Source of the DNA: a virus
Length of the DNA: 64,000 bases
Strand: one strand, 5' to 3'
IMG/VR virus record: IMGVR_UViG_3300045988_179398
Coordinates: 1-64,000 of that record
Numbering within the stretch: position 1 is the first letter of the stretch; every line of letters begins with the position of its first letter. Below the pieces are notes generated by a model that was not told where the DNA came from, did not search any database, and saw only the letters and a list, made by a program, of their open reading frames with translations. Below, one piece after another: positions 1-6,620 of the stretch. The translations under genes and the position numbers were made by a program.

Positions 1-288
1 AAGCCTTTCTTCTAATATGAACGCGGGACCGAACATTCTTGCGAGCCCGACATACGCGTCTTTATAGACGTTCCAGCCTGCATAACGCCGCTGCTTTTCG
101 TTTGAAACCAACAACGTGTATTGCGACGTTGGAGTGCCTGTTCTCGGGTCGCGATATTCGCCGCCGAATTCGAGGCTTACGGTGCCCGTTATATACGGAA
201 CGACGTTTTCTTCGATGTAACGCTCTATTGCGAGAACGTTGGTTTTGAGCTGTTCTTTTTGCTCAGCTGTAAATGTTAAATTGTCCAT
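1..288 (-). CDS. hypothetical protein, partial (N-terminal 96 codons; C-terminus beyond window start)
   Basis: ATG at 288-286 with AAGGAGG 5 nt upstream (rc of 294-300). My translation MDNLTFTAEQKEQLKTNVLAIERYIEENVV... stays open to position 1. Absent from the ORF track only because no stop lies in the window. Confidence 0.6.
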   Translation of the reverse strand, partial: MDNLTFTAEQKEQLKTNVLAIERYIEENVVPYITGTVSLEFGGEYRDPRTGTPTSQYTLLVSNEKQRRYAGWNVYKDAYVGLARMFGPAFILEERL

Positions 289-304
289 TTTAACCTCCTT
301 GGAC

Positions 305-484
305 TTAATCCTTAATTACGCCGTAAATATCATCGACGTAATAACCCGCGAAAATGTTATAAATCGCGGTGCATTTCTTACCGTTGTATTCAACGATAAT
401 GTCGTTATCCCCGTTGTATTGGAGAATGGTTACTTCGGCAAACTTGCCGTCTAAGCTGTGAATGTGTGCTTGTACTTTGTTCAT
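305..484 (-). CDS. hypothetical small protein (59 aa)
   Basis: ATG 484-482, GGAGG 6 nt upstream (rc 491-495), TAA at 307-305. Translates MNKVQAHIHSLDGKFAEVTILQYNGDNDIIVEYNGKK... Below the track's length cut-off. Confidence 0.6.
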   Translation of the reverse strand: MNKVQAHIHSLDGKFAEVTILQYNGDNDIIVEYNGKKCTAIYNIFAGYYVDDIYGVIKD

Positions 485-541
485 ATCGAACCTCCAGATT
501 TTACTGCGATTATTCAGGCGAACATCGCGAAACGCCGTTTT

Positions 542-688
542 TTACTCCTCGTCCTTTTCAGGCTTCGGGAGCGTTTTGGGGTCGTGGGTTGAACCTGCGT
601 TTTTGACTTTGAGCAGGTCTTTGTCCGCTTCCGTCAACGCGAGTTTCTCGACGCTTTTCTTCGTGTAATCCTTGAAGAAGTTAGCCAT
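542..688 (-). CDS. hypothetical small protein (48 aa)
   Basis: ATG 688-686, AGGAGG 6 nt upstream (rc 695-700). Translates MANFFKDYTKKSVEKLALTEADKDLLKVKNAGSTHDPK... Confidence 0.55.
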   Translation of the reverse strand: MANFFKDYTKKSVEKLALTEADKDLLKVKNAGSTHDPKTLPKPEKDEE

Positions 689-689
689 T

Positions 690-860
690 TCAGTCCTCCT
701 TTTTGAGACGCTCATTTATGAGCTTGTTTCTGATTTTTTCGATTTCGATGCGGTTCTTACATCCCCGCAACGAAGCTCTGATTTCGTCCGTAATTTCTAT
801 ATCGAAGTCACGGAGCAGATGCCGCGTATAACGGCGGTATTCCTTTAACGTGAGTTCCAC
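690..860 (-). CDS. hypothetical small protein (56 aa, GTG start)
   Basis: GTG 860-858 with GGAGG 9 nt upstream. Translates (M)ELTLKEYRRYTRHLLRDFDIEITDEIRASLRGCKNRIEIEKIRNKL... The nearby ATG at 867 gives only 19 aa. Confidence 0.5.
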   Translation of the reverse strand: MELTLKEYRRYTRHLLRDFDIEITDEIRASLRGCKNRIEIEKIRNKLINERLKKED

Positions 861-988
861 TACTCATCACCTCCTTTCGTCCAGAAGAACGATTTCTTTC
901 CTTTGACGGCTCTTTCGTAATCGATAAGAACTGTCGCTCCGACGATTGCCGTCGTTAAACAAACAACTGCGATAATTCCGAGTACCAT
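860..988 (-). CDS. small membrane protein (42 aa, one hydrophobic helix)
   Basis: ATG 988-986 with GGAGG 8 nt upstream. Translates MVLGIIAVVCLTTAIVGATVLIDYERAVKGKKSFFWTKGGDE. Confidence 0.55.
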   Translation of the reverse strand: MVLGIIAVVCLTTAIVGATVLIDYERAVKGKKSFFWTKGGDE

Positions 989-989
989 T

Positions 990-1421
990 TTAATCACCTC
1001 CTTTAAGTGCTTTCTTTAACGATTCAGCTTCGTCAGCTAAACCGTTCCTTTTGAGAACACGATACGCACTTGCGTAATCTCCGAGTTCAACGAAAACGCT
1101 TGCGTCGTCGATCGCGAGTTCTTGCGAGTATGCAACCACGCGTTTTGCCGCGTTCGTGAGAAGACGTTGTGCAACGCCTTTGCGGTCGTACTTGCGCGTT
1201 TTGCGGACTTCGATTACAACCTTCGTCGTTTTGCGGAGCTCTTCCGCTTCGAGAAGCGCCATCTTCGCCGCGTGCAATTGGGCGAGATAACATTTATCTT
1301 CGATGCAAAAACCTGCTTTGGGGCAGATCGAGCAACTGTGCTCGAAACGTGATTTTGCTTCTTCGATAGTCTTTGCCTCGTCTTGAAGTTCGATTGCTTT
1401 GTTCTTGTTAAACCACTTCAT
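990..1421 (-). CDS. hypothetical protein (143 aa), Cys-rich centre
   Basis: Track ORF with AGGAGG upstream (rc around 1429-1435). Contains CSICPKAGFCIEDKC. No family recognised. Confidence 0.8.
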   Translation of the reverse strand: MKWFNKNKAIELQDEAKTIEEAKSRFEHSCSICPKAGFCIEDKCYLAQLHAAKMALLEAEELRKTTKVVIEVRKTRKYDRKGVAQRLLTNAAKRVVAYSQELAIDDASVFVELGDYASAYRVLKRNGLADEAESLKKALKGGD

Positions 1422-1422
1422 A

Positions 1423-1647
1423 TTATTTCACCTCCTTGACGTCCGTCCAGTTGTATTGAGCGTCGCCGCCCGAATTCTTTTTGAAGTTCTTGCAGAAAAG
1501 CATGCAGTAATCATGTGCTTCATTCAAGCATTCTTGCTCAGTTTCGTGTAACGAAGTTGTGAATTCGTTCACGATTTCGTTGCTGCGCTCGTCTCTGAGC
1601 GTTTTGCCATCCACTTCGAGAGTGAATTTGATGTTATAGAATTTCAT
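1423..1647 (-). CDS. hypothetical protein (74 aa)
   Basis: Track ORF with GAAGGAG upstream. First cistron downstream of hammerhead 1. Confidence 0.8.
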   Translation of the reverse strand: MKFYNIKFTLEVDGKTLRDERSNEIVNEFTTSLHETEQECLNEAHDYCMLFCKNFKKNSGGDAQYNWTDVKEVK

Positions 1648-1698
1648 AGTTTACTCCTTCGCCCACCCTTTCGAGGTATATGAACGGGCTTGTTTATT

Positions 1699-1761
1699 GG
1701 GTTTTACCCTGACGCCTTTCGGCGTTTCGTCTCAATCTTCCGAGACTCTTCAGAGGGTTAA
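1699..1761 (-). ncRNA. hammerhead ribozyme, type I topology (copy 1)
   Basis: Minus-strand RNA reads UUAACCCU-CUGAAGAG-UCUC-GGAAGAUU-GAGA-CGAAAC-GCC-GAAA-GGC-GUC/AGGGU-AAAACCC. The full CUGANGA and GAAA core, the A15.1:U16.1 pair and C17 are present. Stems II and III are closed and stem I is open. Confidence 0.85.
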
Positions 1762-1982
1762 TAGTAACTAATTTCGAGTATAAGTAAATCTTCAACGGGC
1801 GAGACGTCGACCGTGTGAAACTCGGCACTCTTGACTTGCTTGCACTTCAAAAGCGCTTTTTTGATTTCTCCGAGCGGAACGTAAATTTGTTCAATACCAC
1901 GAACACGTTCGATTTCGAAGATATCGTTATCGAAGATGCACAATCTACGTTCAGTTACGATGATGTCAGCGAGTGTTTCCAC
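1758..1982 (-). CDS. hypothetical protein (74 aa; start uncertain)
   Basis: Track ORF uses GTG at 1982. The only SD (GGAG, rc 2014-2017) lies 7 nt before an in-frame ATT at 2006-2004, so the true start may be upstream. Confidence 0.65.
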   Translation of the reverse strand: METLADIIVTERRLCIFDNDIFEIERVRGIEQIYVPLGEIKKALLKCKQVKSAEFHTVDVSPVEDLLILEISYY

Positions 1983-2064
1983 TAAAGTGTTATTGAGTAA
2001 TAAAATGGTAGTTCTCCTTTGCTCTAAACCCCTGAACGTCCTATCTACGTTAGCGAAAGGTAAT

Positions 2065-2127
2065 GGGATTTATCCCGACGCCCGAAGGCGTTTCGTCGTA
2101 ATTTTCAACGACTCGTCAGGGGATTAA
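2065..2127 (-). ncRNA. hammerhead ribozyme, type I topology (copy 2)
   Basis: Minus-strand RNA reads UUAAUCCC-CUGACGAG-UCGU-UGAAAAUU-ACGA-CGAAAC-GCC-UUCG-GGC-GUC/GGGAU-AAAUCCC. It has the same architecture as copy 1, with compensatory changes in stems I and II. Confidence 0.85.
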
Positions 2128-2300
2128 AGTTCTTCCTGTTCGCATTCGAGCTGATATTGTTCATCAACTCCGATACTCGAAAGGAATTCAGCAACCATAT
2201 CGGCTGCTTCACGCGCTGTCTCTGCGCAAAAGATGTGAGAGAGTTTTACTTCGTCGTTCGTGTCTAATAGAACGACTTTGAAAGTATAACCTTTCAGCAT
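2124..2300 (-). CDS. hypothetical small protein (58 aa)
   Basis: ATG 2300-2298 with GGAGGTG upstream. Translates MLKGYTFKVVLLDTNDEVKLSHIFCAETAREAADMVAEFLSSIGVDEQYQLECEQEEL. The stop codon lies inside stem I of hammerhead 2. Confidence 0.65.
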   Translation of the reverse strand: MLKGYTFKVVLLDTNDEVKLSHIFCAETAREAADMVAEFLSSIGVDEQYQLECEQEEL

Positions 2301-2312
2301 TTTGTCACCTCC

Positions 2313-2675
2313 TTAAAGGGCGATGCCAAAAAGTTTGGCACCAACCCTTCTTGCTGCTTTGCGAACCTTCTCCGCTTCGGGCGAAGAAAATTTCGCAGCT
2401 GTTTCGAAGGCTTCTCTAAGATACGCCTTCAGGTTGTTACGTCCGAAATCGGTCGTAACTATTTCTTCGCTCTCGATAACGTGAGCGATGTCTCTCGCGC
2501 TTACTGCGAGCATTATAAGCTCATCGTAACGAGCTTCGTTGGACCCCGACACTATAATGTCGTAATCTTCGTAGCCTGCTTGCTTTACATCAGCAACCAG
2601 CTTGCGTGCTTCGTCCGCGAGATATTCCGCGAACTCTTTTGCTTGTTTTAACCAACTGTTCATAACGTTTGTCAT
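2313..2675 (-). CDS. hypothetical protein (120 aa)
   Basis: Track ORF 2313-2711. I prefer ATG 2675-2673 (MTNVMNSW...) because GGAGGG sits 5 nt upstream. Confidence 0.75.
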   Translation of the reverse strand: MTNVMNSWLKQAKEFAEYLADEARKLVADVKQAGYEDYDIIVSGSNEARYDELIMLAVSARDIAHVIESEEIVTTDFGRNNLKAYLREAFETAAKFSSPEAEKVRKAARRVGAKLFGIAL

Positions 2676-2728
2676 AAAACCCTCCATTGGGTGCTCGCTT
2701 AACTCCTGCATTTCAGCAGTGAGTGCTT

Positions 2729-2772
2729 ACACCCACACCTTTTGAAAAGGCGGAATTACATTATTGTAATTC
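2729..2772. promoter_or_regulatory. two palindromes in the leftward promoter/leader region (operator candidates)
   Basis: CCTTTTGAAAAGG at 2729-2741 has 6-bp arms. GAATTACA-TTAT-TGTAATTC at 2753-2772 has perfect 8-bp arms and contains the recurring AATTACAT motif. Confidence 0.45.
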
Positions 2773-2795
2773 ACTTTTATTACTATATATAGTAT

Positions 2796-3110
2796 ATGTT
2801 AACCCATCTCCTCCTCAACCCAAAATTTTCTTCTCCTCACATAAAACCCCTCCATCCCCCATATCCCGCCCTTCGTAAAAAATTTTTTCCCAAACCCGCC
2901 TATAAAACTCCCAAATTCCCCTTTTATCCACCATCTGGCACAACTCCCCTCTCTCGCCTGTCACCATACCCTATCGGTAAGAGTGCCGTTTTGGCACACT
3001 CTCCACCCCACCCATATGCCAGACCCTCAACCCAACCACGCAACCATTCCCACGCCTTCCTCACAAATCAGGAAATTACATTCAGCCTTCCAAAATCCAT
3101 TTCGCCTTTT
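2796..3110. other. about 300-nt C-rich, nearly G-free tract on the plus strand (G-runs on the minus strand)
   Basis: By eye only about 20 G in 300 nt. The minus strand reads GGGCGGGATATGGGGGATGGAGGGG and GGGTGGGGTGG. The Pro-rich ORFs here lack any SD. Confidence 0.6.
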
Positions 3111-3145
3111 CGGCTTTTCCCAAAATTTAAAAAAATCAAAAATCC
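3073..3145 (+). repeat. regulatory-region repeat, copy 1 (AAATTACATTC ... AAAATTTAAAAAAATCAAAAA)
   Basis: Shares order and sequence blocks with 3702-3774. A 21-nt core (3122-3142) is identical to 3751-3771. Confidence 0.7.
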
Positions 3146-3157
3146 ACCAAAAATCAC

Positions 3158-3186
3158 TTGACAAATCTTCCCGCTTATGTTATACT
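3158..3186 (+). promoter_or_regulatory. sigma70/SigA-type promoter
   Basis: TTGACA (3158-3163), 17-nt spacer ending in TGT, TATACT (3181-3186). Lies 22 nt before the ATG at 3209. Confidence 0.75.
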
Positions 3187-3208
3187 ATAACCAAACAAGG
3201 AGGTATTT

Positions 3209-3703
3209 ATGAAATTCGAAGAATGCAAAATTGGCGATATCGTCACACCTAAAACAGATAAAATAAAAACTTATTGCTTTCGCGGTGGAACCTCTTATAT
3301 CGCATTGGCAAAAGAATTTATAATAACCGAACTCAATCGCGCTACAAAGACTGTGGATATAACTTCTACAGATCCAAAAAACGATACAGTATGCCTATTT
3401 GTCTATCCGTCATGTCTTAACCCCGCCAACTCTGACAAATTCTCAATGTCCGAAGCGCTTCATGGCAAAATAATAACGCCCCCGCAAACGCCAGATTACA
3501 AATTAGACTTCGAGGTACGCCGCGAGAAAAACGAGCTTTCGGCTTATTATCACGGTGTCAAACTCGCGACCGTGCGCTGCCACCCAGACGACACTTACGA
3601 CGAGGAGTTCGGGCTTCACCTTTTACTCCGCCGCGCGTGCCTGAAACTCAAAGACGAACACACGGTGGTCGAGACGGTCGAAGAGCTTTTGCAAAAACCG
3701 TAA
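3209..3703 (+). CDS. hypothetical protein (164 aa), moron-like single gene
   Basis: Track ORF with AAGGAGG 6 nt upstream and its own consensus promoter. No family recognised. Confidence 0.85.
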   Translation: MKFEECKIGDIVTPKTDKIKTYCFRGGTSYIALAKEFIITELNRATKTVDITSTDPKNDTVCLFVYPSCLNPANSDKFSMSEALHGKIITPPQTPDYKLDFEVRREKNELSAYYHGVKLATVRCHPDDTYDEEFGLHLLLRRACLKLKDEHTVVETVEELLQKP

Positions 3704-3774
3704 ATTACATTCGGGCGGCTAAAATCGATTTTAACTTTTTAGCGTTTTCGAAAATTTAAAAAAATCAAAAAACC
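3702..3774 (+). repeat. regulatory-region repeat, copy 2
   Basis: AAATTACATTC at 3702-3712 and AAAATTTAAAAAAATCAAAAA at 3751-3771. Similarity to copy 1 ends where the TnpB element begins. Confidence 0.7.
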
Positions 3775-3875
3775 GACTTTGCATGGAAACGGTTGAAAGA
3801 CAACGGTTTGCAATCTTAATCCTTTTAAGGGTTTGGTCAAAGAGTCTATAAAATGAATATGAGGAGGTGATAAGT

Positions 3876-4988
3876 ATGTTAAGAACCTACAAATATAGAT
3901 TATATCCAAATAAACAGCAAGAAATACTGTTACAAAAAACATTTGGATGTTGCAGATTTGTGTATAATCAAACTTTGGATTACAGGAAGAAATTATATGA
4001 AAACGAAAACAAAAGTATGAATAAATTTTCTTGTAATCAATATGTAAATCAAGTTCTTAAAAAGGAGTTTGAATGGTTAAAAGAAGTAGACAAATTCTCT
4101 TTAACTAATTCCGTTTGGAATATGGACGCTGCTTATCAGAACTTCTTTGTATTACATAGCGGTTATCCTAAGTTTAAGAGCAAACGAGATAATCATAAAT
4201 CTTACAAAACAGATTTTACAAATAATAATATAGCGGTTTCGTTTAAAAGAAATAAAGTCAAACTACCAAAACTTAAATGGGTAAAAGCAAAACTACACCG
4301 AGAATTTGTTGGTAAAATTAAATCAGCTAATATTTCACAGGAACCGAGTGGTAAGTATTTTATTTCTATATTAGTAGATGAGATCTATAATGAAACACCT
4401 TCAAGGGTCGATAGTAAAGTTGGAATTGATTTAGGTATAAAAGATTTACTTATCACTTCAAACGGAGATAAATTCGAAAATATTCACACTCTTAAAAAAT
4501 ATGAAAATAAGCTTATAAAACAACAGCAAAGATTATCTCGAAAAGTCAAGGGCTCAAATAACCACAATAAGCAAAAGATTAAAGTTGCAAGATCACACGA
4601 AAAAATTCGTAATATCAGATTAGATTACTTACATAAAATCACTCACAAACTTATTAACGAAAATCAAGTAATAGTTAGTGAGGATTTGAATGTAGGTAAA
4701 ATGATGGAAGAACATAATCTTGCAAAACAAATTCAGGATTGCGGTTGGTACGAATTAACACGACAATTGCAATATAAAGCAGATTGGAATAATAGACAAT
4801 ATATTAAAATTGGCAGATATGTTCCAAGTAGTCAAACTTGCAATTGTTGCGGATATATAAATCCAGAAGTTAAAAATCTATCTGTTAGAAAGTGGATCTG
4901 CCCTGAATGTGGAACAAAACACGATAGAGATATAAACGCTGCTAAAAATATTTTAGCAGAAGGGTTAAAACAATTGACAAAAGCATAA
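3876..4988 (+). CDS. tnpB: TnpB (OrfB) RNA-guided endonuclease of the IS200/IS605 family
   Basis: N-terminal MLRTYKYRLYPNKQQ. RuvC-like VGIDLGIKD and VSEDLNV. C-terminal CNCCG...CPECG zinc finger followed by HDRDINAAKNI. ATG 3876 preferred (GAGGAGG 8 nt upstream) over the track's GTG 3867. Confidence 0.9.
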   Translation: MLRTYKYRLYPNKQQEILLQKTFGCCRFVYNQTLDYRKKLYENENKSMNKFSCNQYVNQVLKKEFEWLKEVDKFSLTNSVWNMDAAYQNFFVLHSGYPKFKSKRDNHKSYKTDFTNNNIAVSFKRNKVKLPKLKWVKAKLHREFVGKIKSANISQEPSGKYFISILVDEIYNETPSRVDSKVGIDLGIKDLLITSNGDKFENIHTLKKYENKLIKQQQRLSRKVKGSNNHNKQKIKVARSHEKIRNIRLDYLHKITHKLINENQVIVSEDLNVGKMMEEHNLAKQIQDCGWYELTRQLQYKADWNNRQYIKIGRYVPSSQTCNCCGYINPEVKNLSVRKWICPECGTKHDRDINAAKNILAEGLKQLTKA

Positions 4989-5107
4989 TAAAGTGCTATA
5001 ATAAAAAATACCGTTGGAACTACGGAAATTTACGCTTGTGGAGACAGAGGTTGCGAAGTCGATGAAGCAAGAAACCCTCACCTTTTTAGGAGCTGTGGGT
5101 GGTTCAC
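4880..5107 (+). ncRNA. candidate omega RNA (reRNA) overlapping the tnpB 3' end and right end
   Basis: Placement follows established TnpB biology. Local hairpins are visible, e.g. CCGT-TGGAACT-ACGG at about 5013-5027. Boundaries are not determined. Confidence 0.4.
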
Positions 5108-5328
5108 AAATACGCAGTTTTAGTGCAGAATCGGTTTTTTAACTGCTCGAAATCGACGGGTTTAAAATGACCCGACAAAGACCCAATGTTTAATACTTTT
5201 GACCCAATACGGGTTTACGTCCAAAATAACAAACATAAACTTAAACACGTCTTTTGTTCTAATCCACGCGAAAAGTCGGTTTCGGCTCGGTTCGCGCAAT
5301 CTTGTTCGTGATTTCAATTTAACATCGA

Positions 5329-5379
5329 TTTTATCAATCTAACATCCGAATGTTAAATGTCTAAAACGAATGTTACTAT
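5329..5379. promoter_or_regulatory. nested TAACAT/ATGTTA inverted repeats overlapping an extended -10 (TGTTACTAT)
   Basis: TAACAT occurs near 5330 and 5340 and ATGTTA near 5349 and 5370. TGT-TACTAT lies at 5371-5379 on the plus strand. Confidence 0.35.
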
Positions 5380-5385
5380 ATCACC

Positions 5386-5520
5386 TTACTGATACAAAAC
5401 CGCCTCGCTCGTTTTTATCCTGTGATTTCAAATTCGGTAATCTCCGTTTCTCCGATTAAAAACGAGCTCTGCGATTTTAAGTAAGCAAAAAGCCCCGCCG
5501 AAACGGAGCTTTGTTTTTTT
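5386..5520 (+). ncRNA. candidate small RNA (about 130 nt)
   Basis: Lies downstream of the extended -10 at 5371-5379. An 11-bp long-range stem pairs GCTCGTTTTTA (5407-5417) with TAAAAACGAGC (5457-5467). It ends at the intrinsic terminator 5491-5520. No SD-led ORF. Confidence 0.3.
5491..5520. terminator. bidirectional intrinsic terminator between convergent units
   Basis: AGCCCCG-CCGAAA-CGGAGCT stem-loop followed by TTGTTTTTTT on the plus strand and preceded by AAAAA, so U-runs flank it on both strands. Confidence 0.6.
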
Positions 5521-5536
5521 GACAAACTGATTTTTT

Positions 5537-5788
5537 TTACCAACTTATTCGCAAGACTGTTTTCGTATCTTCGTCGACGCAATCCACATTATATCCAAGA
5601 TTTCGAAGTCCTTCCTGTATTTCAACAACAACGAACAACATGCAATGTTCAAAATCCCAAACAATGCTTGTTTCGCCGTGCTCTGCTGCTTGCCTGATGT
5701 TTTTGAAGATTTGGTTCTCTAACCATTTCTTGCCAAGCGTTTTGGTAACTTCTCGTGCCTGTTTCACCGTCAATCTTTCTTTTTCCAT
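5537..5788 (-). CDS. hypothetical protein (83 aa)
   Basis: Track ORF with GCAGGAGAAG upstream. Confidence 0.75.
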   Translation of the reverse strand: MEKERLTVKQAREVTKTLGKKWLENQIFKNIRQAAEHGETSIVWDFEHCMLFVVVEIQEGLRNLGYNVDCVDEDTKTVLRISW

Positions 5789-5864
5789 AACTCTTCTCCT
5801 GCTCTAACGGGCTAACGCAATTATGGCTACGCCGCGAACCCGATTTATCTAACCCTTTCGGAGA

Positions 5865-6620
5865 TTAGTCTTCTATTATAATACATCCAACTTTATAGCT
5901 CAACGCCGTTGTCGTATCGAGCCCGATTAACTTACGCTCTTTATCGACGTAAATATCGCCGTCTATCTCTCCCCACTTCCCAGCGAACCTCTCGTTCAAT
6001 TCTTTCGCTCGCCAGTGTCCAAACACGATGGTTTGGTCGGGTTTTACCTTAATCTCATCAAAGGCTCTTATATAATCGGGAGTCTTTGCCCACGAAGCGG
6101 TCGCCCAGTCGTCTCTGTCGAATTCTTCCAGTCCCAAACCGCGAGTAAAATAATCCATCGGTACAAACCCGTGCGTGATAATATAATGCTCCATCTCGAA
6201 ATACCACGGAAGCGATTTGAGCCAGTTGTAAAACCCGACGTTAATCATCACCTTCGCCGCGTCGAATTGCAGGTAATAATCGCGCTTTACTTGATTTGGG
6301 TAACGTCCCAAAAACGAAGCAAACGTGTTGTGCTCGCCATTATATATATCGGTTTCGGTCAGCTGCCTACGCTCGATTGCGTCGATGAGAATGCTCTCGT
6401 GATTTCCCCGAATGCAAATCGGCTTATTTGTGTGATGGGGCGAAGTGAGATATCGCCAAATATCCACACAATCCGAATTGCTCCGCGCCGCCCTGCCGAA
6501 ATAATCCCCGCACCCGACGAGTTGGTGTTGCGGGTTCGCCGCATCATAACCCATTTCGGTAATCGCGGTTATAAGTGCCTCGTAATTCCCGTGCGGGTCT
6601 GCAAAAACAAAATATGTCAT
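5865..6620 (-). CDS. PPP-family metallophosphatase (Ser/Thr phosphatase or ApaH-like, as in lambda phosphatase)
   Basis: Motifs in order: FADPHGN (DxH), CGDYFGR (GDxxxR), RGNHE, ITHGF, VFGHW. Confidence 0.85.
   Translation of the reverse strand: MTYFVFADPHGNYEALITAITEMGYDAANPQHQLVGCGDYFGRAARSNSDCVDIWRYLTSPHHTNKPICIRGNHESILIDAIERRQLTETDIYNGEHNTFASFLGRYPNQVKRDYYLQFDAAKVMINVGFYNWLKSLPWYFEMEHYIITHGFVPMDYFTRGLGLEEFDRDDWATASWAKTPDYIRAFDEIKVKPDQTIVFGHWRAKELNERFAGKWGEIDGDIYVDKERKLIGLDTTTALSYKVGCIIIED

Larger units (their letters stand above)
3775..5107 (+). mobile_element. IS200/IS605-family element carrying tnpB only (no tnpA); ends approximate
   Basis: A TnpB ORF plus about 120 nt of structured 3' sequence. 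The left limit is inferred from loss of similarity to repeat copy 1. The right limit is set at ...GTGGGTGGTTCAC (5107). Confidence 0.6.

Noticed and set aside
865-867. ATG at 867-865 as the start of the small ORF upstream of 690
   Set aside because: That frame stops after 19 codons. The GTG at 860-858 opens a 56-codon frame that ends precisely at the next gene's SD.
2796-3252. Pro-rich ORFs of 121 aa and 89 aa on the plus strand
   Set aside because: They are artefacts of the C-rich, G-poor tract. Neither has an SD, and the consensus promoter at 3158 lies inside them.
5108-5480. tRNA genes in the long non-coding stretches (also 12640-13010)
   Set aside because: No GGTTCRANYC-type T-arm with a matching acceptor stem could be found by eye. 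This is not excluded without running tRNAscan-SE.
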